This document shows positions 11,200 to 30,943 of a stretch of 64,000 bases of DNA, piece by piece. The translations under genes were made by a program, and so were the position numbers. The notes under the pieces were generated by a model. The model did not search any database. It was not told the origin of the DNA and saw only the letters and a program-made list of their open reading frames with translations. The stretch's first letter is position 1. Every line of letters begins with the position of its first letter. The DNA comes from Geosiphon pyriformis uo1 (taxonomy: Eukaryota; Fungi; Glomeromycota), in contig JAAOMT010000563.1 of the NCBI GenBank assembly GCA_016748015.1, forward strand, positions 372,001 to 436,000. Reading direction: 5' to 3'.

Positions 11200-12920
11200 T
11201 AAAACCAAATTGCAATAATTAAATCATGCAATATACCAAATTATATAACATTTAAAATTTGCTAAAATATTTAGTAATTCAATAAAATATTTAATAGTTT
11301 ACTAAAATAATTGTTAATTTACAGAAATAACTTGTAGTTTAATAAAATATATCTTTAATTATTAAAATATTAAGAAAAAAAAATGTCAAATCATAGAATA
11401 GTATTATAATAAGTTGTATAAAAAAAGAGCTTTTTTTTAAAAAAAATATATTTCAATTAGAATTTATCTTAATTAGAATTAATATTTTTTCTAGTATCTT
11501 TTATACAAATTAATTTCAAAAAACTTACTTTAAAAAACACAAAAATTCTTAATTATTCTATATTAACATATTAAAATTGATTAACTATTAATTTTAATAA
11601 TTGTTAACAATTTTCTTAACACATTTTCTTATTTTTTTTTTCTTTTTTTATATTATTAAGTAATTTACAGTCAAGATTTTTTGTAAAAAAGTTGACTTTT
11701 ACAACAAAATAATTATACATATTTTGAAAAGCTTACAAATAAGATTTTTTTGTAAAAAAATCAACTTTTACTATAAAGTAACTATATAAGTAATTGGTAT
11801 AAAATTGGTTATTTCATTATAAGTTTAATAGCATATATAGTTTAAAGTATAAAAAAATACTTTAGAAGAAAAATTAACTTATTAGAAGTTCATTAATTTC
11901 TATTAACAGCAAAATTAACAACAAAAACAGCATTAATAATATTAAAAAAAATAAAAAATTATTTTTAATATTTTAACTGTATTTTATTAATTTATATTTT
12001 TTGGTTTTATAATTTTGTTAAATTATTCTTAAAAACTAGTTTTAAAATTTTTTCTTAAAAATTTTATAATCTTAATAATATATATCTTTGTTTTTATTTT
12101 TTAAAATTTTTTTTATTTATTTTTTAATAAATTGTTTTTTTATGTTTTTATTAGTTTTTGGTTTTAATTCTAAATTAAAAAAAAATTTTTAATTTAATTT
12201 TTAATATATAAGAAATTTTATAACTGTAATTTTATCTTAAATTTTAAATTTTTGTTTATAATATATATAAATTAATTAATATATTTTAAAATTGTTGTAT
12301 TAAATATAATTATTACTTTGAATAATTTTTATTATTATGTTAATTCTTAAAAAAATACCAAATATTATTAAAAATTTTAATTTTTTTTTTAATATTATTA
12401 ATAAAAACTTTTAATAGTTAATTTATCTTCAAAGTATTTTTTTATATTTTAAACAGTTTATGTTATTGGACTTATAATATTAATTTTATATTAATTATAT
12501 TATGTAATTATTTTGCAATAAAAATTAACTTTTTTATAAAAAAATATAAAAAAAATGTTTTTTATTTAGGTCTAAAATTGATTAAATAATTATTTAAATT
12601 AGTAACTAATTAATTTTAGAATATTAGTTGGAATTTATAAATTTTAAAACAATAATAAATATTAAAAAGTTTGGTTTTTAAAGTAAATTTTATTTTGTTA
12701 ATTTATTGTAACTAATTAATTAATGTTTTAAATTTAAAGAAAAAAGCCTTTTTTTATATATAATTTGTATTTTTTTGTTAATATTTTAGTAAACTATAAA
12801 TTAATTTTATAACTTATTAATTATTTTAGTAAACTATTAAATATTTTATTGAATTTTTAAATTTTTTGGCAAATTCTTATATAATTTAAAGTATTATATA
12901 ATTTAATTATATTTAATTTT
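11200..12920. mobile_element. Highly AT-eroded element with long inverted repeats (foldback/MITE/MULE-like relic)
   Basis: 37-bp perfect inverted repeat at 11276-11312 / 12819-12855, with further inverted similarity at about 11411-11445 / 12731-12767 and about 11677-11720 / 12500-12545. Boundaries are approximate. Confidence 0.6.
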
Positions 12921-14479
12921 TGCATATTATAAAAATTAGATTATTAATTAATAATATTAATTAATAATTTAATTAAATAATAAATAATAAAATGAACTAA
13001 TAATATATGTTAATTAACAATAAAAATTATAAAAGTAATTTTATACTAATTAATAATTCAATTTTTTATTAATAATAGTTTTATTTTTAATTTAAATTAA
13101 TTATTAAAATAATAATTTGTTAAGTTTTAAAGATAAATTAAAATTATTTATTTTTGTTATTAAGTTTATTATTATAGTTATAGATTTTTTAATATTCAAC
13201 TTTATTTTTTTTAAATTAAATAATTTTTTTTTATTAACAATCTAATTATTAATAAATATATATAAATTTTATATTGTTATATTATTTACTTAATTTTATT
13301 TAAAAAATTTCATTAATAATTTATATTTAAAATAAGATCAAAAAATCATTAATATAAATGTATTAAATTTCTTTATTAATTTATTTATTTGTTTTATAAA
13401 ATTAACAAATTAGTAAATTATAATTTTATAATATTTATAATAAATAAAAAAAAGTTTAACATTTATAAATAAATTAATACCAAAAAAATAGAATAAACAA
13501 TTAAAATCTGTTTTTTAATATATATATATTAATTATTGTTTAGTAACTTCAAAAACATTTTTATTAGAATTATACTTAATAATAATATGTTTAATCTATA
13601 TAAACTTAATATAAAATAATAAAATTAAATTAATTTAACACAAATCTATTTTTTTGAAAACAAAAACCATATAAATAATATTTTTTTAAGATTTTATGAT
13701 TATAAAATACATAATTATATATTTAATATAAGTATAAAATACAAAGTCTTAATTAATATTATTTTTTTATTTTTTTATTATGAAATTTATAAGTGAAATT
13801 CAACTGTTATCTAATATATAAACCCAAACTAAATACAGCTTATGCTCTTACTATATGTGACCAGCCACTTAAACTAGACAAAACAACATTATACATCTAT
13901 ATCAATAAATAGAACTTCATTTAAACCAGAAAAAAAATAATATATTTTGTATTTACCAAAACTAATAGTTAAAGATTCCATAATACCAAGCATATAAACC
14001 ACTCTATTTAACAACATAAACACTATATAACAAGACAACTCTAAAACCACACTATTATTTTTGACTAATCCAGTTTTTTCCATATTCATTCTATGTTTAA
14101 ACTTAACAAATCATATCTTAGTATAATACAATTCTATCACAAATTTCATGTATTTGACAAGAGCCAGAGCAGTTTTTCTCTTTTTATTAAAAACCAAAAC
14201 AGTCTTAATATATCAATCTCTTAACACAAGACTCTTATAAACTGTAGTGTACAGACTTATGTTTGAAGAACACAATAAAAGAGGACATAAAACAGCAGAA
14301 GTTAGTAAGCAAGAAAAGTTTGTTAATAATATCTACTTCTCAACAGTCTCAGCCAAAACATCTCCATGGAGATTAACATTACCAGCACAAGTAAAAACAT
14401 GATTAGACATTTCTACTTTATCACACAGTTAACACAGTACTCCAAAATAATCTTTATTATACAATTTCTTTTTAACTAC

Positions 14480-15375
14480 TGTTACAGATGATTATTTGGG
14501 GTCTTAAGTCAAATGACAAATTCGTAACTTGGTGCTTGATTGGTTTTCTGGTGTTGATATCTGAAGGTTTTGGTGTGGAGTTCTTTGTATAATGGACAGA
14601 GATTTAGTTGATGGTTTTTTATCCATAGCTTCCCGAAATCACAGTTTCATCAAATTTCTTTCTTAGCATAGTGGCCAGTAATCCTTTTGGTAAGCTATTC
14701 TCAAATCTATGAGTGTTTTACTCTTGTTTCACAGGTTTTTTACCAGTCCCTATGACGTCTGTAACTCAGTGCTTAATCCTTAATCAATTTAGTAAAACCA
14801 AAGAAATAACAAAAGAAATAAAAAAAATAAAAAAAACTAAAAGAAAATAAAGAAACAAGTAAAAGTAATTGCAAGTTAGTATTTCGTCAATAGCCATGAT
14901 CAAGAGCTATTGTTCCAGTGTGGTCAAGTTTCAGTTACTATCAACATGAAGTGTTGATAATAGAGAGTGGATTGAGATAGTAAATAATTATTTATTGATA
15001 TTTGTAAATGGAAGGTTGCTTAGATCAAATTTAAACTGAGATGTCTCTAATGGAAGGATTCTGTTCTTTCTACTTCTAATGCTACTGCTATATATACATA
15101 ATTGATGTTCTATGAAATCACTCACATTTCCGAGTAATGTGCTATGATTTTTTGAGCAATGCTCACATTGCTGAGCAATGTGCCCTAATTTTCTAACATC
15201 ACTTTATACTGCTGAGCAATATGCTATGTTTTCTGATATTGCTCTACATTGCTAAGCAATGTGCTGTGATTTCTATCATTGCTCTACATTGCTGAGCAAT
15301 GTGCTCATATGCTACCTACTATCCACTTATTGGTTCACTATTTTTCTTATATCTGTTTTCTTTTTATAAGTAACA
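14480..15375 (-). repeat. Solo LTR, family A
   Basis: TGTTAC...GTAACA, flanked by CTAC/CTGC. Removing the LTR plus 4 bp restores the codon alignment with LINE copy 2 near 57755-57795. Confidence 0.92.
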
Positions 15376-18361
15376 CTGCTACTGGTAGTTGTTTATGTAC
15401 TGTCTTTATTAAATACATATACAAATTAGCCAATTTCTTGCTAGTAAACTTTGAAAACATGTGTGAGTCAGATTGTCAGATTTTTATAATAGCAGTTCAA
15501 TCTATCTTTCTAATTATAATACTTGGAACTATGTTATAACTAAGACTAGTCTTTCAATAAGCATGGCAAATTAACTGGTACAGATTACAAATAAAATAAT
15601 AAATATTACCAGACACAGCTGTATTTTTAGCCACTAAAAACTGTTTCTAAATCCCAATTGACAAAGAAAAAAAAGAGAAAGTGGCTTTATTAGTCAATGG
15701 ATTAGTTCTAATATTGTTTAGAATCTTTGAATGGTTTTTGATCTTTACTTACTTAACCAAAATATCTTTATTCCTAATAAAATTAGCTATATGTCTTTTT
15801 TTAATCTAATATTGACTGTAAAAATTAAACATGGCAAATAAAGTCTCAAATATATATGTATCAATTGCAGATTGGCTGTCCAAATACAGAACTATAACAC
15901 ATAAAAGCAAAACACATTCCAAAGCCAAAATAACAGCTTGTAACTTAGCCAAAATAGAAGACAAAAGTCTATTCACTCTAATACCAATATTTATATTCAA
16001 AACCAGAAAGTAAGCAGCTGATTCACTTGTCATCACAATAGAATTAGCATTTTTTAGAAATCTATTCATGTAAATCTCAATACTATTAGATCAAATCTCT
16101 ATTAAATCACTATGTATATTAGAAAACTTCTTGGATTTTAAGATATTTAATACAGACAATTCAGAAATAGTGGCAAATTTGATCTTCAAAGGAACATTCT
16201 TGTTTATAAACTTAAATGCCAGTGTAAACCAACAAAACACAGAACTTTTCGGATCCAATTTCTTTTATTGCCAAAACATTTTTCAATTCATTATATTTTC
16301 TTTCTTGTTCAAAAGTTTGTTACTAAATGCAATACCAAACCACTTCAAAAAAAAACAGAATTGTAATACAAAAGTTGCTCTAAAATACCAAACATTAGAA
16401 ATTTATCTAATCCATAAAAAACATTAGGCAAATTGTTTACCAAAAATAATCCAATTTTCAAAAAAAATTTTTCCACCTTAGCCAAAAAATTATTTATTAA
16501 ACTAACATGCAACTTGACAGGAAACTGTAAAGAATTCATAAAAGACCACTTTAGAACTTGCAAATTCAAAAACCTATGCTTAAATAAATGCCTAAAAATG
16601 CTATAAATATTGGAAAAAAAAACCAATAAAGCCAACTTTCCTTTAGATTGCACTTGCTCAAAAAGTTTCAAACCATACAAAAATAGATGATACAAAACAT
16701 TACTAAGAAAGTCATGTGATAAACCAGCTTTGGTTCTAAGACTTTTCCTAATTATAACATCTTACTTGCAATATACATCTAATAAAACAAAACTGAATTG
16801 TATCTGATAGTTAATTATAAACTGCAGAATAGCTGAAACCAAATAAAAAAATTGTTTATCTGTAATAGTCTTTCTTAACACTACATTAAAAAAGAATCTA
16901 ATATCTATATGAGCTTAAAAACTGGGCTTAGAAAGACTCTTAGTAAACAAAAAAATGCCCAAGTATCTGTGTGATTCATCTTTTTTAGTAATCATGATTA
17001 ATAAATTATTAATTAATAGTAATACAATCTTAACATCTTAATTGATAGGAATTACTACTGTTTTATTATTATTAATTAAAATGTTATTAATATTAAAGAA
17101 CTTGCTGGCAATGTTCAAAATATATTGCAAAAAAGCTTGACTATTTTTGACCCAAATTGTGTTATTAACAAAGACATTAGCAGCTAAAAAAAAAGTTATC
17201 TCTCCAATAGTTTCAACTCTACCAGTTTTTGCTACAAATCTAGTATCAATTTAATATCTACACAAATGTTTATGTCTCTTTACTTTACACAAAAGTAGAT
17301 CATAGAAAATTCTTTAAAGAAATGGAAAAAAAATTTCACCCTAATTCAAACTATTATACACTCTATAACCACTTAAAAATTTAAAATCTGTTATTACTTT
17401 GTTAATTTTATCCTTATAAATACTGCCAAAAAACTTAACAAACTAATTACACATTTTAATGTAATGCAAATTAGCTCTCAAATGATACCAGTCTACTAAA
17501 TTATAAGCTTTGTACATATTCTGTAATATTAACCAAAGCTCTCTTTTTTTTTCAAAGTATTTTTAACAACTGATCCAATGACAAAAATAAGAAATTGAAT
17601 CAAAGTATTCTTCAACACTAAGAAATTATCACTACAAAAAACATCAAATTTGCTATATGCTAATAATATTTAATCAGAAAAGATCTTAGATAAAATCTTT
17701 CTGGCTGTCTCAATTAGTGTAATAGATCTAATATTTATTAAAACACCATTTTATTTATAAGGTTTTGGGATTATCAAAACCCATGCTCTTTTCTGAAGAA
17801 TTAGAATCACACTTAAAGTTAAACATAAATTCAACAGTCTCAAAAGACAAATTAATATCTCTTTACTACAATGTTTTCAAAGTTTATTAAGTATCCCCAA
17901 CAATTCAGCAGTCTTATTATTCAGCAAATTATTAATGACTAAAGACAACTTTTCTATATCAATTTTCTTTATCACACCAAAAAAAGTATTATTATTTATA
18001 TAATTCAGAGGCATATATTAACAAAATTAAAGATCAGACATTCTTGAAAGCACTAACTGCTTCTTTGTTTACTCTTCTATGATCTTATTTATCTTAAACT
18101 TCACTTTATTAGACTTAATTACCAACTTGTCTTCCATTACCAAATGATCTAAAACAATCTTGTAAAATAGATATTCTAAAATGTTTTTTATTATCTGCTT
18201 TTTATTAAAACAGAAATTTTCCATATAATAATCAATTACTTTTCTAATAATTATATTCTTAGATGTTTTTAATTCATAATATTAAAATTTCCAATACTTT
18301 TTTTTCACCATTGACAAATATTTAACTAAATCCATTAAACTTATACTATTTAGGATCATGT

Positions 18362-19774
18362 TGTTACCAAGTGAAAGTTACAGATTTGTAACTTCTTAGC
18401 AATGACAATAACTTTTACCTGGAACACACATTATCATGATCATGCTATGGACTATAGTATATCATAGGTGTATGGATTATTTTAGTAAGTGGGAGAGCAA
18501 AAAAAGGTATGTGATAATGTTATTAAAAGTGAAAGAAAGTATTGTCATTATTGTTTGTTTTTGAGTAAGAACCAGTTTTAGGTATTTTAAAAGGGAAAAG
18601 AGAAGTTACATCTCTTTATATGTATCAGAAGCACAACCAGCAACAAGCAGAAACCAAAACTACTTAAGAAAATTGTAACCAAAATTTTTTTAATTAGTTG
18701 TCGAAAGAGTATAGTATTCAAATGCCCCTTTGAAAACAAAGTTATAAAAATTATAAAAGATTATAAGAGCAAAACATAACTGAAATAGATTTAAACTTTT
18801 TATTGTTGAGACCACTCTTTAACAACATGATACTTTATTACTTATTTTAATATTACAACAATTTGTTTGGTAAAATAAGACTTAATGTGAAATAGTGATA
18901 ACATATGATTTGAAAGATTGAAAGTAATAGAAAGCTTGATGATTTTGTTAGCAAGTAAATAAGAAGTTCTAAATAATGTGATTCCAAATGGTGATAAGAA
19001 ATATGGAAAGACATACTTAAGATTGTGATAACAAATATTTAGAACATAGAAAAAGGGAAAAAAAAGAGTGAGAAATAGAGAAGAGAACTAACTGCTCACT
19101 ATAAAACTATAGTGAAAAGTTGGCTCAGTATTGAACTGATGCTTTTCTGAGCTGACAGAAAGGCTGTATATATAGCTAAATTATATCAGATCTACATACT
19201 ATATTAGAACTATTTAAAATATATTAATTATTTATATACATTTAATTAATCAATTCATGATAAGCTTACTCGGTCTGTTATTTATCCAAGAGCTAATAAT
19301 TTAAATGATCAGATTTTAGATGGCTGAATCTAGAACATTGATTGTAAATCAATAATACCAATTGTGATTATGATCAATATAATCAGAAGTAGATCAATTA
19401 ATTACATTTCTTAATAACTACTTTTAACTATTAATCGCAGATCTGGAATGTTAAATTGTTCCAATAAAGACATATAAGAATTTTGAAGCATAACAAAACC
19501 TGCTGTTATCTGATTACATGCGTCAATCATTTATTTCCATTGGTGTTTTTTCATTTGCCAAGATTTCTTTGTGTTCAACTTAGTTAAATTGTTGGATTGT
19601 GCCATATTTTTTTGTTGTAATTGGATTGATTACTGATTATTTATTTTCAGATTGCCGGCTGATTTTGTTGATTAAGTGCAATGATATAGGCCTTTTTCAC
19701 ATGATTTTGATGTTAATTTCTATTGTATGTGTTGTAATTTTTGCATTGAAAGGTGTGAAAATCTTCTAGTAATA
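18362..19774. repeat. Solo LTR of a different family B (1413 bp)
   Basis: TGTTAC...GTAATA termini with a perfect ATGT TSD. The LINE sequence resumes colinearly with 60730-60780. Confidence 0.8.
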
Positions 19775-22016
19775 ATGTTAACAATCTTAGATGCTTCAAT
19801 TTCATCAATAGCTGACCAAATTCTAATAAGACAGTCAAAATTCAACAGATCCTCAGAATTCCAGATTTTTACAATCTTTGCAATAAACAGTTCTAATTTA
19901 AAAAATTTTGAAAATTGTTTGTTTTTTGAACAATTATATTTGCTATATCAATGTTTAAAAAACACCATATTAGCAGTTTGTATTATAGCATCTTTCAATA
20001 CTATTTACATTATATTCAAATTACTATTGCTTTTTATATACTTAAATATGTCTGATTTTATCAACAACTTAGTAGAAAACTGTTTCTTAAAACACAATTA
20101 TTAGACTTCATCTGCATTTCTCAACTTGAACTTTTACCAGTTCCAATTGGTCTGTTTATAAGCACTGTTAAGATGAGTATTCAATAGTCTACTCAAACCA
20201 ATTATGATTGAAATTGCCTTATAATCTGTATTAAAAAACTTTAATACACAATCAACTTTATAATATGCAATTGTAGATACCAAGTTTTTACTTACAAAAA
20301 TAAAATCCAGTATCTTTTCAACTCCTCTAAAATTGTTTCAAGTAAAAATATTAGTTAACAAATATCTATTAAAGATATTAACCAGACTCAAATTCAAGCA
20401 AAACTTAAAACTCACACTCTTCTTGGATCTAATTTTATTAAAATTACCACTCAAAACTGTAAAGAAGCTAAAATTGACTGTTTTAAAGATCATGAAATTG
20501 ATATTAAAAGCTTGGCTAAAACAACACCAATAGATGTACCAGTATACAGACCCAAAATCATAACCAAAAACCTGCTCTTAAACAGAAAGCATATAAAAAT
20601 TAGCCAGCCCAGAATCTTGTTCATTCTTAAAACATGTCAAGCCAAAAACTTGTTCATAATTATGACAACTCCAGCACTAAAAAAACCTACACCCAAACCA
20701 GAAGTAAAAATCTGAATCTTATCAACTTATTTATGATTTATGGTTTAATATTAGACTTTAATTTTGTCTTAATAATAATGAAAACTATATTATCCAAATT
20801 CTTATATTATTAAACAATGTCTTCTTATTTTGCAAGGACATTAATATCTTGAATATTGTATATAGTAAATTTTCAAATTAGATTTATTATTAAGAAGAAA
20901 AATCTTTTTTACTTAAACCTATATTGTTTATTTTGGTTATTAGGCCCATAATTATGTTTAATAAATTGTTTATAGTTTCTTTCAATTTTGAAACAATTAA
21001 AAAACCAATACCTACTGCTCCTGCAACAGTCTTATCATTAGTAATCACACTTAAACCTTTACTTATTATTGTATCTGTTCTTTGATTCTATAATAAAAGA
21101 GTCACTAATAGTTATTATTCAGGATTAAACTGGAAAACTGTTGGCCCAAGTGCATTTAAATTTTTAGCCAGCTTACTAACTTCCTCTGCAAGACTGGTAA
21201 GACTGCACTTAAAAGCAGCAAATCTATTATCTATTTTATTAAACACAAGTAGAAAAGACTTCATTTCTGAAAAAAAGCCAAAATTCAACAGACTATTATG
21301 TAAAAGAAGAGAAAAAAAAGACTTATCAGCAATCTTAGCCCAAGAAACATTACCAAAAACAATTGGACAAGCAACAAAAATTAAGTGTTTAGCATAGATA
21401 GCTGTTAGTTTACTTTTATCAATATTTGAAAAAACTCTTTGAAAAGAAACACCAGAGAAAAAGTTCTTACCTACAACACAGCCCAATGATATATGACTCA
21501 TATTTTTATATTTTGCACACTTGGCATAATCCAAACAAAGACCAATAAAAATTAGCATCCTTTAAAACTAAAATGGTATTTATGACAGTATCTAAAGACT
21601 TAGCAAAGTTAAAACAAACAATTACACATCTAACCTAAACATAAATAACTAGTTGACAGTTAATAATACAAGTTTTCTTATTCATTAAAATGATATAATC
21701 TCAAATATTATGTGTATTTGTTCTTATTAATAGAATATATAACAGTATCTTATAATTGTTCTTTGCATTCTATGATTCTTTGTCTTTATTAGACTTAACA
21801 ATACATATTATATCTTTTTCAATAAGAATAGACTATCTAGCTGTAACTAATTCAACATAATTAATCTGTTCAAATTTAACCACAGCTTTTTGTCAAAGTC
21901 TTACTAACTATATCTTGATCGATTTAATTGGTCTAAATTCAAAAAATACAGTACATACAGTTTTAATTAATGTTCCAATTGGAATTTTTTTTACAATTAC
22001 AGTCCAATTTAAATGC

Positions 22017-22944
22017 TGTTACAGGTGATTCTTTGGGGTGTTAAGTGAATAACAAACTCATAACTTGGTGCACAAAGTAATTGGTGACAATGATAATTTG
22101 AAGGTATTTTATCTAAAGGTTTTCCAATTGAGTTCTTTGTATAATAGACAGAGATTCAATAGTAACAGTTTATCAATAGTTTCCTGAAACCGTAGTTTTG
22201 TCAATGGCTTGATCAGCTTAATGGATGATGATTCTCCTGGTATGATATTCTCTGTAAGGTATACTAGTGCTGTTTCCTGATGTCAGTTCCTTCATAAGTC
22301 CTTTAAGAGTAAGTATTGTTTAAGCAAGTTTATTCCTTCATAAGTCCTCTAAAAATAAGTATTGTTTAAGTAAGTTTTATTCTTCTGTAAGTCCTTCAAG
22401 AGTAAATCTTTTAATCAAATTAGTAGACAACAAAGAAAAATAAAAAAAAGATAAAAGAAAAAATAAGAAATAAGCCAAGACGATTTACAAGTTAGTATTC
22501 CATTAATAACCGTGATCAAGAGCTATTGTTCCAGTATGATTAAGTATCAGTTACTATCAACATGAAGTGTTGATAGTAAAGAATAGATTTGAGATAGTGA
22601 ATAATTATTTATTTAAGAATTGTGATAACTAAGCTAAGGATTCTTGATGTCAATTCTGTCTTTTCTGCTTCTAACACTACTACTATATATACATATTTGA
22701 GATTTCTCAATTTCTCAATTTCTTGCAACAAGAATCTTGGAATTTCTGGAATCCTGCGATTCCTAATGAGAAGAATCCTGGAATTCTGGAATCTTGTGAT
22801 TTCTTGCTGGAGAATCCTAAAATTCCTGGAATCTTGCAATTTCTCTAAGAGGAATCTTGGAATTCCACATTTACTACATCTACATCTGATTGGCTAATAT
22901 CTACTGACTAATAATATTATATTTCCTATATTTTATGAGTAACA
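22017..22944 (-). repeat. Solo LTR, A-related subfamily C (928 bp)
   Basis: TGTTAC...GTAACA with a perfect ATGC TSD. The central R-like region is shared with family A, but the tandem repeats differ. Confidence 0.9.
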
Positions 22945-24830
22945 ATGCTTAGCAGATTTTTTGAGATTGGCATTTATTATAATTATTGTCTTCTTTGCCA
23001 TATTAAAAGCCTAAACTAAGTTTGTTTTATAAGTAAATATTACTTTAATAATTCCAGCAAATTTTGAAAGGGTAGAAATCTCTCCAAAACTATTGATTTT
23101 CAAAAACAATTTCTTAACTACTATTAACTTTTCTTAAAAAAATTTCTTAACCACTTTATTTAAGCCAATATTAAGTGTAAATAACTTTTTAATAGAAACA
23201 TTAACCAAATTTTTCAAAAAAAGAGAAAGAACTAAAAAAGCATTCAATAAGATATTATTATTATTATCATTACTTAAGAAATTGATTTTTCTTAATAATT
23301 TTTTCAAAGTCTGTTTAGTTTTAACTCACAAGTCTTTTGGAGTTTGGTTGATATTTTTACTATTAAAAACATTACTCTCTCCATAGTCAATATTAGTCTC
23401 TTTAATCAAACACTTTTTTTCTATGTCTATACTATCAGATTCAATAGTATTACTAGTATTTAAATCTCAAAAACAACCACTTAACTCTTTCTTAGAAGTG
23501 TTTTTTATACTAATAACATTTTTTAAAATATTATCTCTCTTTTTTTTTCTTTTAATATTTATTTTATTAAATTTAAAAAAAATTAATTTTATAATTAATT
23601 TTATAATTAATTTTAAATTTTTTTTTAATTTAAGTACATATTTATATGTTTTAAATTAGTATTTATTTTGATATTTATTATTATAATCAATTTTTTAATC
23701 TTATTTAAATTTAATTTAAAAACATTATTATTGTTTAAAATAAATTTTTTAACAAAAAAACTAAATACAAATGTTTTAAAAATTTATATTTATATTTTTA
23801 TTAATTATAAATTTAGTTTCTTTAATATTTAAATTTTTTATGTTTTTAATATTTAAATTTTTATTAATATTATTTTAAAAGCTGTTAATTTTATTATTTT
23901 AAAACACAAATTTAAAATTTTTATCCAACTTGAATATTTTTATGTTTAAAAAACCAATAAAAAAATTTATAATTAATATTTTAATATTAAGCTTTTTGGT
24001 TTTTTTGGTTATTTTATCTAAAATATACTTAAAAATATCTTTTTTAATATTAAAACAAATTTTTATTATTATTATTTTTAATTATATTAACAACAAAAAT
24101 ATTTATTGTATTTAGTTTTATAAAAAAATATATATTAAAAGAAATAACTTAAAAAAGAAACTAAAAAAAAATAAAGTATTAAAATATTTTTTCGGCTTTT
24201 TTTTGTTCTTTTTATAATTAGAAAATTAATAATAAAAAGAGTTTTTTTATATATACATAATATCATATATTAAATTTATAACTTAATAATAATAATTTTA
24301 ATATTGTACAAATTTTTTTTAAATCATTAAATAATTTAAATATATAATACAAAATTTAAAAAATAATAAATAATAATAAGTTACAATTTAATGTGTTTTG
24401 AAAAAATTTATTATATATTATTTTCATATTATTTTATTATTGAGCTTAATATTAAAATATTTACATAATTATTATTAAATAAAACAAATGTGTAAAAAAT
24501 AAATAAATGATTATTATAAAATAATTAATATAGTTTGTAAGATTGTAACAGATTAAAAAATTTTCATTAATGCTGGCTAGAATTATAGTTTTGCCGTAAT
24601 AATAAATAACGGAGTTTACAAATTGCGATGTGAGAATCTACTCTAACCTCAAGGTTTAGGCTGTCATTCCTAAGCTTATACTCCTCTAATTATTACCATA
24701 ATATATCCACCTCGCGAGTCGCGAAATAGCTGATAGTATCGGCAAAGGGCACCAATCTTCAAATTAGCGCGCTGAACTCGGTTCACTATCTTAAGCAAAG
24801 ATATTTTATGGTTTGAAACCAAGACGAATC

Positions 24831-30263
<5,433 letters not shown>

Positions 30264-30904
30264 AATTTTGATGTTCGGGTGTTAATAATTCTATAAAGAA
30301 CTTGAGCTTGGTTGTTTTAAATAACCTTCTGGAATAATTTGCAAAGCTCACCTAGGATAAGAAGTTTTGGATTCTCAATTAAGTTCAAAGATTTAGCCTA
30401 TTAAATAATCTGAAAACTGAAAACAATCTAAAAAACGAATAGATTCTTTTGTTCATTTTCAAGCGTACTTATTTTTATTTTAGTCTGATAAAAATTTGAC
30501 TCAATCAGTGTATTGTATTTGATAGGCTTGGGATCTCTTCATCAAACAGCTAGGTGAATGATAAGATAAATTGATTATTAAAATATTATAATACAAGTTA
30601 TAAATTTTAAGTAAAGGTGATTCTAATACAAACGTAAAGGAAAAAATCGAGAATTCAAGTCTAGATTTAAAAAATTTGAAATTACCAATTTGCAATGCAA
30701 CTAATAAAATTAATTGTGAATCGATTGTGGATTTACAGATTTTCTTTATTTTCTGAATTGTTTTGACACTGTTTTATATTTTTGGCCAATAATCATAGTG
30801 TTTTTAAATGATCTACCACACTTATTGGCAATTAAAATGGATGTGAAATTTTGATATTATTATTATTATTATTATTATTATTATCATCAAGTTTGATACT
30901 ATTA

Positions 30905-30943
<39 letters not shown>

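Larger units (their letters stand above)
13763..24150 (-). mobile_element. Decayed LINE (ORF1 plus APE-RT-RNaseH-Cys finger ORF2), copy 1, interrupted by three solo LTRs
   Basis: Colinear with 57053-63750. RNase H fragments (AKLQAVILAL, LYLDSQSAID), RT remnants at about 17100-17800, APE remnants at about 20200-20880. The 5' boundary is approximate because of AT erosion. Confidence 0.85.

Noticed and set aside
22609-22897. Repetitive ORFs on both strands
   Set aside because: Translations of the LTR tandem array.
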